From contig NC_068981.1 in the NCBI RefSeq assembly GCF_001194135.2, positions 38,217,679-38,281,678 of the forward strand: a DNA stretch of 64,000 nucleotides, read 5' to 3'. Position 1 is the first letter of the stretch; each line of letters opens with the position of its first letter. Made by a program: the position numbers and the translations under genes. The notes beneath the pieces were generated by a model. The model searched no databases, was not told where the DNA came from, and worked only from the letters and a program-made list of their open reading frames with translations. The stretch is from Octopus bimaculoides. Taxonomy: Eukaryota. This document shows, one piece after another, positions 38,600 to 52,110 of this stretch.

Positions 38600-40060
38600 T
38601 TAGATCTATGCTACATCACTTGTGGACACTGGCTCCAACTAAAGAGCAAATTTCCTCCAGACTGTGCAAGATCACATTGCACATACCAACTCTGAGATAG
38701 TGTCGCACATAAGTTCATAGACATGTCCTGACCACTAGTCTTGAATATCTCCATGGGGTTGTCAAGATAATTACAGTGAAAGGCAGATCTGTTCAATGAA
38801 ACAGTGGCTTTTGGATTATATATGTCTTTGTTTCATTGTCTGGACAATGAGCAGTAAAAATCTATATAGTAACTTGTTTCACATATGATCAGCATAAGAG
38901 AGGTTGAAAATCTTGTTCAGTAGTTGAGGGTATGTGCTGTCTAGTGATTGCTATTAGGCCACTGTAACAGAAAAGCATTAAGAGCTGTAAAGCAAAACAG
39001 ATTCTACAGTAGCATGAAATAGGCATATTTTTAGGTCAAGTGGCAGTTGCAGTGCTTTCCAAATTTTTCATAGTTTGTTGGGTGCTAGCCAGGTTATCAT
39101 TTCGTGACTGTAAACATCTATGCTAGTAGAGCAAATGTGAGAGCCCAAATAGCAGAAATTAGCAATTGACTCAGTGGGCCCTGATGAAAGTCTAAGATCA
39201 CCAACACAAGTATTTTCACCAATGATTATAGTCTTTGTCTTTGAGCAGTTTGTTGAGAAACTAAGGTCAATGGTAGTCAGCTCCAGGTGTGTCAGGAGAG
39301 TTTGAGCATTTGTGATTGTATGTGAGATGAGTGTAGTGTCCATCTGTGAAGTTGAGGTTAATAAGATACGATGTTTGATGACATCAACCTTAGCTGGGTT
39401 GGAGAGTTATAACTAGTTCAGATATCTTAGTCTAAGATTATAATGAAAAGGAAAAGAGTTGAGATGTCCCCTTACAGAACTTCTATTGCAAATGTGTCAG
39501 AGGTGCATACAAAGCTTTTGCAGTCTGCATAGATAATGTAGATAGTATTTACAACTTCGTTTAGTATACTATAGGCAAAAAGAATCTGAAACATTCGGTC
39601 ATAGTAGACAAAGGAAAAAGCTTTTGTAAAATTCACAAAGACAGGACACAAAGATGTATTTTTCTTTACTGAAATAGTTCAAATCAGTCAGCAAAGAGTT
39701 AAAATAGATTCATGTATAGAGTATCCTTTGCAAAATCTACTTGGTTTGATCTGAGTAGTGTTTTAATAGGGTTTGGGATGCAGCTGATTATGATACAGTT
39801 GAAGAGTCTGGCTGAGCACGACATCGCTCTAATGTCGTGGTATATGCCATATTCTAATAGATATCCCTGTCTTGGCAAGGAATGATGCAGTTCAGCTTGA
39901 ATTCTGATGGAGCTTGATAGATGATATAAGCAGAATTTAGAATAGGAAGACGTAAAAGAAGTAACTTTGGATTCCAGAGGACCTCTGGGAGCACACCATC
40001 TGCACCACTTGATTTACTAGTATTGAGCTGTTTAGCAGCAATTAATGCTTCATTTAAATT
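38600..40060 (-). mobile_element. RTE-clade LINE ORF2 (RT) remnant
   Basis: Minus strand: SGADGVLPEVL..APSEFKLNCIIP; LISHTITNAQTLLTHLE..NCSKTKT..NFCYLGSHI. Confidence 0.75.
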
Positions 40061-41216
40061 CCCCAGTTATTTGATTAGAGTGCTACAATTTAATATCAAC
40101 TTCTCATAGTTAATTGTAATTTATTGTAAAACAAACAAACAATAGCTCATGATATCAATGAACAGAATTTAGAACAATATTCGTTTTCATTAAGAGTTGC
40201 ATATTATAGTGATTTAAGTTTTATGTTAAGTAGGTGTTTGACAAAGGGTTTATGCAAGCTAATTTTACTAGTTAGAGTTCAGAAGATAGATGAAAATGTC
40301 GTTCTCATAAGCCATAACAACAAGTATGTAGAGTAATTAGAGTATATGATAATTTAGCCAAATCTAAGTAATAATGAAGAGATTGCTACTTGTAGTGGTA
40401 CTATATCATATCAACTCTAATTGATTTGACTTTAGATAAAAAAAACCATTCCTTCCATGGCCATTGCATCTATCTTTTTAAGTAGAGCACCTAGAATTAT
40501 ATTGTTAAATGTGTCCTTCCTTTTTTAAAGATATTTGGGTATGCTCTGAAAATTTGACTGCTATGTTTTACTGGAATCTTAGAAATTATCTCAATAGCTT
40601 GCAGGACTTATAAGTTTTTGCTGTTGTTTCGTTCCCAAGTTAACCTTGATTGAATAAGGTTAAAGTCAAAAGGCATTTCAACCATGACCATCGCAACTTT
40701 TTTAAAATATAATATATTTTAGACTACACTGGTATGTTGTTTTCCTTCAGAAAGTAGGATGCTTGAAGGAGATTTGGTGGCAGCTTCTGGCAAATTGAGC
40801 GATTACATAAAAGCTTCTTTATTGACTCATGGGTTTTTTGTGTGTTATAATAAAATCTATGATGAAACACCAAAGTTACTTTGTTCCAAGAAAAAATTAA
40901 AAGGTGAAATGGATTTAATTTATTGATTCAATACATATTTGATTGAAGTCAACTTCCACAGAAATACCAAATGAAATCAAATATTTATTAACAACTTTAC
41001 ATTCTACATGAATTATAACAATGATAGTAACAAAGAAATAGAAAACTAGACCATTCATTTAAATTCTTCCTTCCAAAATAGATGTTATTTATAAGTATAA
41101 ACTTTCTTGATATCATGTTGATATGTATATATTATTTGTAGAAATACATAAATCTGGAAGAGAAGCACACTCTAAGATGTAAAGCAATTAATATTATAGT
41201 GGGATAGGCTGATTTA

Positions 41217-41270
41217 TGAGGTTACCTTGGGTTTCCCACTCATATGCCTTATGGCATATCTTCAGACCCC
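41217..41270 (-). ncRNA. Hammerhead ribozyme motif, left arm of a foldback element
   Basis: Minus strand: GGGGT-CTGAAGA-tatgccataaggcatatgagtgg-GAAA-CCCAAG-GTA|ACCTC. Confidence 0.65.
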
Positions 41271-41294
41271 AAACACAACCGGCCAGCAGTGTTT

Positions 41295-41355
41295 GGGATC
41301 TGAAGATACGCTGTAAGGCTAAATACCTTATGAACAAGAAACCCAGGGTAACCCC
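41295..41355 (+). ncRNA. Hammerhead ribozyme motif, right arm of a foldback element
   Basis: GGGAT-CTGAAGA-tacgctgtaaggctaaataccttatgaacaa-GAAA-CCCAGG-GTA|ACCCC. Confidence 0.65.
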
Positions 41356-41779
41356 ATAAGCTGGTCCATCCTACTATAATATATATGTGTGTGTGTGTGT
41401 GTGTGTGGTATGCGTAATGATAATAAGGAGAATGAAGAATTTGAACATTCAAAATTTGTTTATTTCCAGTTACTTTATTCATAATAATTGTCCAACATGT
41501 TTTTCAATCACATTAATTGCATATTGTTGCATATTTATATGCAATGGTTTATGCATTATTAGTACGATCTCTTCAGGGTATATAAGTATGGCATTGTTTG
41601 AAGAGGAATTTTCCTCCATTATTAGTTTGAATAAGGCCTGGTAATAGTAGTAAACCTACTAGCAGTAAACAGCTCATTGATAAAAGTCATGGTTTCACAA
41701 ACACAATACACCAATCGGCCTAGGAATTAAAAACATGATTCTAACAACTAAGCTATGTGGCCTACACACACACATACAT

Positions 41780-44040
41780 ACATGATGGCCATCCACTCGT
41801 GACTGAGGAAAACCATTACTAACCTTTTGGAACATTGTGCGCTCAAGATTGCCTTATACTTTACATTTGTAACTCTGTTGGTGACTAACAAGCCCTGCTC
41901 CTGACAAGCATTCATGATTGAAAACATTGCAGACCAAACTTTTCCTATTCATTACACTAGCAGTGTCTTTTCAAGCTGCTTGCTTAAATTCATCATGAAG
42001 AATACATGCTGTTTCAAAGGTATCAACTCTCTCCTTTACCTGTTTCCTCCATCCGTGGTGAGGACAAACATTGCTCACCCAGTTAGCCTCCTGAATTTCA
42101 CAGGCCTTTAATGAGAACTTTATTCAGTCCTGAAATTGCAGTCTTGGTTTCTGCCAGAGTCACTTTCCATTAACAAGTTCCCCATATAGCATTTGTTTGG
42201 GGATCCTGCTATCGTTCATTCTAACAAGGAGTCCAGTCCAACATAACTGGTATTTGTGCACCATTGCCTCAATACTCAAGACATTGGCTTTCCTCAGGAC
42301 CTGTGCATCTGGAGTTTTTAAGGTCCAGCCAATATTCAGAATGTGTCTCAGACGTCTCTGATGGAAGTGTTGAAGAACCTTTACATGATGTTTGTAAAGA
42401 GTCAATGTCTCACACGAGTAAAGGAGTGATGTCAGTACACGTGCATGGTACACAACAAGTTTTGTTTGCCTTGTGATGCCATGCTGAGACCAGACATGAG
42501 ACTCAAGAGACCTGAAGGAATCAGTTGCTCTCTGCAGCCTAAAAGATATTTCATCATCTAGGGAGCAAGAATGGCTGAGTGTGCTACCCAGGTTGACAAA
42601 CTTGTCTACTACTTTCAGTATTGTTCCTTGAACAAAGATAGCTGCTTCCACATATGGGTTTCCTGGTGAAGGCTAAACATTAAAATAGTGTTGTCCAGGT
42701 TAATGCTAAGTCCAAATGCCTTGCAAGAAGCAGAAATATGATTCACAAGTATTTGCATATCATCGGCTGTATGAGAGACTAAGTCACAGTCACCTGCATA
42801 AAGGAGGTCATGAATAAGAGACTGAGAAACTTTTCAATTGGCAACAAATTGATGCAGGTTAAAAAGGCAGCCAGAAGATCAATACCCAACATATATCCCA
42901 GGAGAGCTGTCCACAACAAAAGCATGAGTAAGAGTAGCAGCAATGTACAGAGAAAAGGGAGTTGGGGCAAAGATGTCACCCTGCTTGACACCATTCTCTA
43001 CAAGAATGGGTCCCGCCATGCCACCATCAACATTGACCCAAGCCTCCATCACATCATGAAATGATTTGATTATTGATACAAAGTGATCTGGACATCCAAG
43101 TTTGCCAAGTATTTTCCAAAGGGAGGCTCTATTCACAGTATCAAAGGCCTTAGTTAAATCAATGAATACCTGGACAAGATCGATATTCTGCTCATAGCAC
43201 TTCTCCTGCATCTGTCTTGCTGTGAAAATCCTATCCATTGTTCCTTTTCCAGAATGGAAACCGCATTGAGATTCAGATAGGACATAATTTACAAGACACC
43301 TATCCAGGCAGGTAAGAAGAATACTTGCCAGAACCTTCCCAGCAGCTGATAGTAGAGTAATATCTCTGTAGTTGTCACACTCTATTCTGACTCCCTTTCC
43401 TTATAGTGAGGAAGAATAATTGCACCCTTCCAGTTCTTAGTTATTGCACCATTGCTCCAGAGAACACTAATAAGTTCATGAAGGGACTGTGTGATGTGAT
43501 CACCACCAAATCACAGGACCTCAGCACAAATACCATCCTTACCAGGTGCCTTACCAAGATTCAGTTTACTTATTGCTGTCATTGCCTCATCTATTGAGGG
43601 CATGGAATTTAAGGAGCTAATGACAGGTCTTTGTTGCAAAGTGTCAATCACTGCTTTGTCTACAACTGACTCACAGTTTAGGTGTTCAGAAAAATGTTCA
43701 ATCCAGTGACCTGTGGTCTCTGTTGATTTAGTAAACAGAGTAGAAGACTCCTTGGAAAGCAAAGGAACTGATGTAGAGCTCTTAGGCCTATAAACTTGCT
43801 TCATAAGATAGTAAGGTTACTTGCTGTCATTTGCATCAGCAGCAGCCTGAACATCAATAGCAATATCCTCCCACTAGGTGTTCTGCATCTTCCTGAGAGA
43901 TCGCTACAGTAGAGATTTTACACTGCTGTAGTGGGCAAGTGCTAAATTTCACTGCACAATTGAAAGTCCTCTGTGCAGTAATACACTGTAGGAATGATGC
44001 TTCAAAAATCTCCTCATGCCATAGTATTTTCAATGCTTGA
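41780..44040 (-). mobile_element. RTE (BovB-like) LINE, 5'-truncated ORF2 with RT and C-terminal C2H2 finger
   Basis: GKAPGKDGICAEV; MDRIFTARQMQEKC..FIDLTKAFDTVNR..GVKQGDIFAPT; VDKFVNLGSTLS..LLYSCET..RIPKQMLYGEL; VCNVFNHECLSGAGLVSHQ near 41900. Confidence 0.95.
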
Positions 44041-44525
44041 TAAACATACAAACATACATACACACACACACACACACACAAACAAACGCACACACACATA
44101 CACATACATACATACATACATACATACATACATTTCCCTTTATAGAAGTGATTTGGGTGGCTGACTTGGTAATATGTCGGGTGAAATACATTGTGGTGTG
44201 TCTTTCCTTTATATTTTGAATTCATATGTTGTTGGCAGGATCTATTTGCCTTTCATCCTTCTGTGGTCAATAATAAATGCACCAGTTGCTATTTCACACC
44301 AGTTTGTCCATGGTTGAGCAGATCTATGTTCAAAAGCATTTTGGCCATGACCATTTGTTTTAAGGTTAAGTAGTACTGCATTATGCCCCAGTCATATGTA
44401 GATTTGAAGTAATCTATTTGATTTAATCTTCTCTATATCCCCTTCACATACAGACAAAGAATGCTTGGAATAATGCCAAAATTTGAAATTGATATATATA
44501 TGTATATATATAGTACTCTTTAGAC

Positions 44526-44550
44526 CAGTGGTTTCCAATCGTTTTGCCTT
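44526..44550 (+). mobile_element. Possible hAT (Charlie-like) terminal inverted repeat
   Basis: cagtggtttccaatcgtttt preceded by ctttagac, which resembles the 8-bp Charlie target. The partner TIR was not found. Confidence 0.3.
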
Positions 44551-45880
44551 CATAACAACTAGAGATCAAATAAAAATTACTGATGCAATTCAAACAGAAA
44601 GTTTCAAAAATAAAAACAGCTTAAAGTAAAAAATTTAGAAAGAAACACAGAAAACTATTAGTCTCCTTGTTTTTTTAATCATACTTCGATAAAACAAAAT
44701 TATGAATAACATACTTTTGAGATGTTCAAGCATTAATATAATTTTTTCTAAAGCCTTCAATTATATTTATATAAATACTCAATGCATCAAGATGTTCTTT
44801 ATGGTGCACCAACTAAGTCATGATATATCAGTTAAGTGCCACAACTTTTAATACATGTCATCATCATCATCATCGTTTAATGTCTGCTTTCCATGCTAGC
44901 ATGGGTTGGACAAGTATGTTGGGTAAATATGAATTTAAGGCTATGAACTACAAACCAAGTAATTAGCGAATAAGAATTATAACTACAAGCATAGAGAGAA
45001 AGTAATTTCAATGATAAAGAGACTTAATCGATTAGTTCTTGAATTTTACTGTAGATATAGTGCTGAGGGATTAGCCATAGACATGGTATAGAAGAGGATA
45101 GAGACAATAACCAATGGAAATAAACAATTGCATGAGGATAAAACTAAGAGAAAAGGATTAAAAGTATGAAACAAAAGGATGTGAAGAGTGAAACTATATA
45201 TATTAACATTTTGGAAGGTATACTCTAGTTCACGTTGTGATACCGAATTATCAAAAACTTTGTAGCAGTCAATAAATTTAGCAAATCAAATATAACCAGG
45301 ATTTTATAAGTTTTGTTCTGCAATATTGCAGGTATTTACTTTCTTATCCCTTGATTAATGAATGATCAAATTGTTCTGGACATAGATCAAATTCTATGCA
45401 CATTTCTTCAATTAGCTAGTCTGGATTATGATTCTACAAATGATCCATAATTCTTCTTGCTAAGTGATAGTATTAAGAATAATTAACTTCATGACAATAA
45501 TGATTATAACATTCGTTAAATAATAAATATTCACTTAAAAACAATTAACGACATTGGAGTTTTATTGCATTCATAAAAACAATCAATCATATTAATTTAA
45601 ATGCATACAGGGATTTCCTTTTACATTATAAATATTCTGAAACTAAATTAATAGTAAAATATTAAATTTAAAAAATATCAATTCTTAAAGTATTTAAGTA
45701 AATGTGCATAGCAAAATGATGTAAACTTTGAATTTTACAAAAATTTGAAGTAAAATAAATATTCCTTAAATATTAATATATAAGTTGCAGATTGCATTAT
45801 ACCAGGCCAAAGTGTAAATATTAAGGACTTTAGAACTAACTTCTTTCCAGTATTCATTATTCTTTTTTTTTTTTTTTCAG

Positions 45881-46055
45881 AAAATTAAAGAACAAATATA
45901 AAGAAGAGGTCAAAGTAAATATGCAACTTTAGCAAGTAGTCATACGTTTTTTAATTTATTTTTGCTATTTCCCTGCTGATACACATCCTCCCACCGCACT
46001 TCACTTCCTTATTTCTTTCTTCCTCTCTTTCTTGCAGACAAAACTAGCATTATAG
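45881..46055 (+). CDS. Possible pair of terminal micro-exons (45881-45914, 46038-46055): KLKNKYKEEVK-TKLAL*
   Basis: Two strong acceptors (T-tract+cag at 45880; long Y-tract+ttgcag at 46037) and an AAA|gtaaat donor. The phases join into an open frame ending in TAG. Confidence 0.25.
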
Positions 46056-46867
46056 ATATCACATTGCATGACAGATTTACTCTTTAAATTATAGTAGTAA
46101 TTTTGCTATAAGCAATAGGCACTTCAAAAAGCCAGCTGGTTATGACAGCAATAAGCTAACCATTCAGCAGTAGATTATCATGTAATAAGCTCACTAAGAA
46201 GGGGCTAAAAACTAATTTGAAAATGGTGGAAAGAGTCTGCAGTATTGATTTTGAGATAGTTTTTATCCAGTCATGTTTAAGAAGCATTTTATGAAGGGAC
46301 AAGCTATTGAAAATTGACATTCATCATCATAGCAATCCCAAAGAAATTTTGCCAAAACTTAGGTTCTATTAATGAGAAAAAAATTGATAAAAATATAGAA
46401 AATAAAAAAAGACTTACACATAACAAGAATCGTTACAATTCTGTTTCAGTGAATAAGAATTAAAGAATATAAAGTGAAATATATGCAAGGGGGTGGGAAA
46501 TTGATCAAACAATATTCAGTAATAGAGTTCAATTCAACATGTTACTTCTATTCTCAACAAGATCATTGATAAATGATTGCAAAATGTTTGAATGCATAAA
46601 CCTTTTTAACAGATAAGTGAAGTTTTGTAGAATTAATAGAATTTAAATGTGGTCTAAGGCAATAAGGCAAAGAATCAAATACTTTCACATAAGTTAGTGA
46701 CATACTAAAATATACATCAAGTAATGGAATATTATGTAGATACAGTAATTTTATTTCAGTTTCCTGGGGTGTAAGTTAAATATTATTCTCATTTATCTAT
46801 CTCAATCCACCAATCTATAAATGCTACCCAGTCCTTCTTTATATTTCCAAGAAACTTAAAATATTTG

Positions 46868-47070
46868 CTGGCAGAACCATAACCATATCAATCAAAATAC
46901 TTAGCGATATTTTGTCCGACGTTACATTTTGAGTTCAAATTCTGCCAAGGTCAACTTTACCTTTCATCCTTTCAGAGTCAATAAATAAGTACCAATTGAG
47001 CACTGGGGTTGATGTAATCGACTTACCCACTCCCCCAAATTGCTGGCCTTGTGCCAAAATTTGAAAACAA
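46868..47070 (+). mobile_element. SINE family A
   Basis: tggcagaacc..tgagttcaaattctgccaaggtcaactttacctttcatcc..gcactggggttgatgtaatcgac..ggccttgtgccaaaatttgaaa. Confidence 0.88.
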
Positions 47071-47344
47071 TATTTTAAAGAAACTAACCAAATCCACCAG
47101 TAACACTAAATACAACATGCACATATAACATAAAATTCATAGTTTACACAGAAGACTTTGTAAACAAATCCAGACAAGCTAAAGCAACATTTTAAATAAC
47201 TACAAATATCACATTTCACTGGCAAAAAGATGCAACAATATTTGTCTACAAACAATATATTAAATGAATAAATTAGATATAAGATATAACGGATTTAATT
47301 GGCTCCCAATCGTTCTGCAACAAATCATATTAGCTGCAAACTTT

Positions 47345-47665
47345 GAGCCTCACAGAGGCAGTGACAAGTGACTGAAACCATTGGCAATATACTGTGCTTG
47401 AGAAGACCTGTCAAGCCAAGTGAGATCACATCTGTGGCTGATGCCAGTGTTTTGTAACTGGCACCCGTGCTGGTGGCATGGAAAAAGCACCTAGTAAACT
47501 CTTGAAATGGCTGGCATTAGGAAGGGCATCCAGCTTTAGAAACCATGCCAAATCAGATTGGAACCTGGTGCAACTTCCCAATTTACCAGTTTTCAGTTAA
47601 ACTGTCCAACCCATGCCAGCATGGAAAACAGACGTTAAATGATGATGATGATGATGATGATGATG
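47345..47665 (+). mobile_element. RTE-type LINE 3' end with (GAT)n tail
   Basis: gcctcacagaggcagtgacaagtgac..ttaggaagggcatccagc..gacgttaaatgatgatg. Confidence 0.85.
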
Positions 47666-47930
47666 ATTGTACAGGTATGCACAATATCAATGATAAATGC
47701 AGGACAGCAACTGCTGCATGCTTAATTCATTACAGACATACAAAAAAAGTACCCTGGATGATAGAAAAGAGTAACATACTTCATTTTAAAATGTACTGCA
47801 TGATATACATAGAGAAAGGATCCCTAGATCTCAGATATTTTTTCTGAATCTCCTTGATTATTTTAATGTGCTTGTTCCCTGGTATTAAATTGATATTAAT
47901 CAATATCCAATTTTTTACCCTAATGTTTTA

Positions 47931-47972
<42 letters not shown>

Positions 47973-49870
47973 ATGTATATGTATATATATCCAAATTGAG
48001 TGGGTAAATTAGGTAATACTCAGGCTACATATTCCTTCTAGCTAGCAAATCCTGTGGGTAATAATTTTTAAAATCCTGTCTTTGGTAAGTTAACTTGGGA
48101 TTCTCAAATGACAATATAATTAAGGTACCTTCAGTCTGGTGAGTAGCTCGCTGAGTAAACCTTGTTGAGTAATTATTTCATCAGAAGATCTGCCAGCCAG
48201 GAAACATATGTAGCCAGTATTTTACCTGCTCCACTCCCTCAATTTGAATTTTTATTTGCCTTCATCACAACTCTAGTTCTTAAACATAAACTATACGTGT
48301 GTGTGTGTGTGTATGTGTGTACAATAAACTCTCTTCACTGGGTCTAGAGAGTTGCTTGATTGAATTTTCTGGATACCTGATCCTCACTCTTTAAATTACC
48401 ATAGCATCTTATAAAGTTCATTAAAACACAACATATGCAATAAGTATTATCGTTAGTAATCTAAATATAATAGAAATGAGAGAAATATGAAGAAATAAAT
48501 GTGTAATTTAAGTAATGAACAAATTTTATTAACCTAATAAAACACAGGAACTGCAAATGCAGTAAAGTAAAATAAAACACTCTACTTTTGAAAAGCAACA
48601 ATTCATTTTAGATACAGTAGAAACTTCCTTTTAATAGCAATTAATTAACTCATATTAGCACAAACTCTCTTTATACTAATTAATACAGTTTCTGTCCAAT
48701 AAAATATACATCACTGAATAATAGACTTTTGTTTTCCCAAAACGTTGAAACTACAGATGCCATGATGCATCTTAGATCTTGTTAGCCATCTAAATGGGAA
48801 TGTTCACTATTCTTGACTCTTCATTTTCTTCTGAAAATCCTTCAGCTTCTTGATTATTATGGGGCCTGAAATACATGCTCTTTCTGGTCTTTTAATTGGA
48901 AACTAGCACATCCTGCCTGATGTGCTAACGAGGCAATAGACAAAATTATAACTATCCCCTCAATCTATAAATATGTGTGTGTGTGTGTGTTTGTGTGCGT
49001 GGGTATGTGTGAATTCAATTTTAGTGTTATTAGTAACATGCAACTCAGTACAAATTGTCCCTTGTTCCCACTTGCAACTAAACTGATAACTTTACAAAAC
49101 CTGCTTGGCTTTTGTTTGAGACTCTGTAGGATGAGAAACAAAACTTGTAAAATGCCAGATTAACGCAGTAGAGTGAATGGTCTTCCAGCACGTGGGATTG
49201 AAAGACTCTTAGTCTTTGTTTAGACATTGTTTAGACTCTCTGAAAACAGGAACACCTGTGACTTTGTTTGCTTGCAATGATATAGATGAGTTCTTTTGGG
49301 CAAATGCATATGTTGTTTAGAGAGAGGCATTGGCGGTATACAGGGTATTTCCTTGCTTCAAAAATTTTAGGCACAGACATTGCTGTATTTTAAAACTCTC
49401 AGTTGTGTGTTGCATATGATGGTCATAACTGAAAAAAGAGAAACATTTCATAAAATATTCCTCGGTGGAATAAAGGTATATGTCAGTGTTGGTGATAAAC
49501 TCTGAACACCTACTGCAAGAGGTGTGCATTGTTGTCACATTTGTGCAAAAGATTGTAGGTACCTGGCAAGACTGTAGTGCCACTTCTCTGCTGCTCATGT
49601 TTAAGAGAACAATACGGTGATGACATTGCTCAAAATCAAGTTGCACCAAGCTCTACTGTCTGCTTTGGTGCATGGTTTCTATGGCTGAACGCCCTTTCTA
49701 TCACTAACCACTTTACAGAGATTCCTAGGTACTTTCAAGGAACAAGGAGGTTGTTGTAAGTGGAACGGTACAGAGGATTGAACAGGGTGAGTGGGAAAGA
49801 CATTCACAAAAGTGTAAAGTGGGAGGTAGGAAGAGAAGGGGAATGTTGAGAGTGGAGAACATAGGTGTAT

Positions 49871-50184
49871 CAGGAACTGAACTTGGAAATACTCTGTCAC
49901 TCACCATATTCACCAGACCTTGCACCAACTGACTAGGCATTAGACAATATTCTTCAAGGAAAAAAAATCAAATCTGAAGAAGATGCAAAAACAGCTTTTC
50001 ATGATTTCATCACCTCTTGCTCTCCAGAATTCTTTGTTGCTGGCACAAATAAGCTACCGATAAAATGGCAAAATTGTTTTGATAATTTAGGTGCATATTT
50101 TGATTAACTGCATTGCTTTTTGTTGAGATAAAGTAAAATAAACTTTCAGTTCAAAATCAGACATTTCCTTCTTAATGACCTGAT
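49871..50184 (+). mobile_element. Mariner transposase 3' fragment plus right TIR, same family as 21320-21665
   Basis: QELNLEILCHSPYSPDLAPTD..ALDNILQGKK..KLPIKWQNCFDNLGAYFD*. It ends in gacctgata followed by TA repeats. Confidence 0.9.
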
Positions 50185-50425
50185 ATATATATATATGGGA
50201 AGAACCATTTCAACGATGCGTACTGCCTTAATTCTTCGAAACACCGGTGTTTTAATGGTGGCAGCTGATGAAGATGTTTCTATGTGGCTTGCTTGTTTGT
50301 TGTACCTTGCTTATCATTTTGTCCATGTTCTTTTGCCACGTCATGTACCCAGTTTTGTATCTATATGTACATGTAGATGAAGGTATGTACATACATGTAC
50401 ATATATATGCATATACTCATATATT

Positions 50426-50461
<36 letters not shown>

Positions 50462-50774
50462 NNNNNNNNNNNNNNNNNNNNNNNNNNNNNNNNNNNNNNN
50501 NNNNNNNNNNNNNNNNNNNNNNNNNNNNNNNNNNNNNNNNNNNNNNNNNNNNNNNNNNNNNNNNNNNNNNNNNNNNNNNNNNNNNNNNNNNNNNNNNNNN
50601 NNNNNNNNNNNNNNNNNNNNNNNNNNNNNNNNNNNNNNNNNNNNNNNNNNNNNNNNNNNNNNNNNNNNNNNNNNNNNNNNNNNNNNNNNNNNNNNNNNNN
50701 NNNNNNNNNNNNNNNNNNNNNNNNNNNNNNNNNNNNNNNNNNNATAAAGGATAAATATAGTAATAATAATGATG

Positions 50775-50813
<39 letters not shown>

Positions 50814-50967
50814 TAATAATTATCCATGGATGGAATTTATTGATATTTTAATACATCACAACACACATTCCCACTATGATCTCAAGAAACATATGATTTG
50901 TGAAAACAAGTGTAGTGATGCATTAAAATAATTATAAATTCCATCCATGGATTATTATCATTATTAT

Positions 50968-51005
<38 letters not shown>

Positions 51006-51929
51006 AGAGTCATTTACATATATACTTATGTATATTCATATATATGTGCGTGTATATATATATATATCTGTGTGTGTGTGTGTGTGTACAGACACACACG
51101 CATAAATACGTATATACATGTATATATATGTATATATACATACAGACAGTCACATACACACTTACATACACTCATATATACACACATGTACACACACATA
51201 TACATCAGTATAATATACCTATGTGGTAGGTGCACTGATACAAATCTTGAAGAATACAATGAAATAAGACATAATACAAGACATAGAACAGTCATGTTTT
51301 AACATGTTTTAACAACTACTCTGTCTTGTCAGTGATTGTTTAAAGTCAATAATTTTCTAAAGAAGAAACTTTTTATGTAGTTGAAAAATATCCAGATCCA
51401 TAATAGTGCTATGCTTTAGTGAAATATGTCATATAATATCATTATAAAAGATAATCAGTGTTTGTAATTGTTTTCAGAGTTGTGTAATGATTTTAGCTGT
51501 GTATTATTACTGTGTCATGAGGATGAAGCATTGGTGTTATATTTTGTATTAGATGTGTAGTATAGTACATTTGGTATCTTGGAATGACTGAGAATGTATT
51601 CAAGCGTTCTTAACAATCAAGACTACAATTAATTTGAGTTACATACAATGATGTCATTTGACTAAATCTTTTGTAACTATATTGCATAGATTTTCAGCCA
51701 CTTATTCTTAAGATTAATTAACAAAGTAAATCAAATATTTTTGAAACTTAATTGTTTTACAAACATTTGTTTAAGTTTTCATTTTGGTTATATACATAAT
51801 TTTTAAGGATGCCATCATATGTTAGAAAGTGAATCATATAGCTGCATAAGCACAGACATGGCTGTGTAGCTAAGAAATTTGCTTCTCAATGATTGTATGT
51901 GTTTGCTTCTCAATGATTGTATGTGTTTT

Positions 51930-52110
51930 GAGGATTTGGTTCCATCTCTGATTCTTTCTTGAGTAGAGCTATGCTGTGGAGTATAGTGTTGAAAGCCTCA
52001 TTGTTATGTAGGTTGTGTGTGGAGATGTAAGTCAGAGTTCTAAATTTTTCTTCCTTCTTTGGTTTTGGTTGTCTAAGTTCTTGTGTATTTAATTTGAGTA
52101 CTCATTGGAT
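51930..52110 (-). mobile_element. Penelope-like fragment (post-RT linker)
   Basis: Minus strand TYISTHNLHNNEAFNTILHSIALLKKE resembles the PLE 'PY.STHNP.N...F.II' linker as recalled. Confidence 0.45.

Larger units (their letters stand above)
12271..50743. other. Assembly N-gaps: 12271-12280, 14325-14334, 16500-16743, 17221-17230, 23014-23470, 29836-29981, 36265-36310, 50462-50743
   Basis: Runs of n, most abutting (TA)n microsatellites. Confidence 0.99.

Noticed and set aside
41860-41930. ctgacaag...gaaaac hammerhead-like spacing
   Set aside because: It is explained as the reverse strand of the RTE C-terminal zinc-finger codons.
16244-50827. ORFs containing X runs
   Set aside because: They are open only because they span N-gaps and (TA)n/(CA)n repeats.
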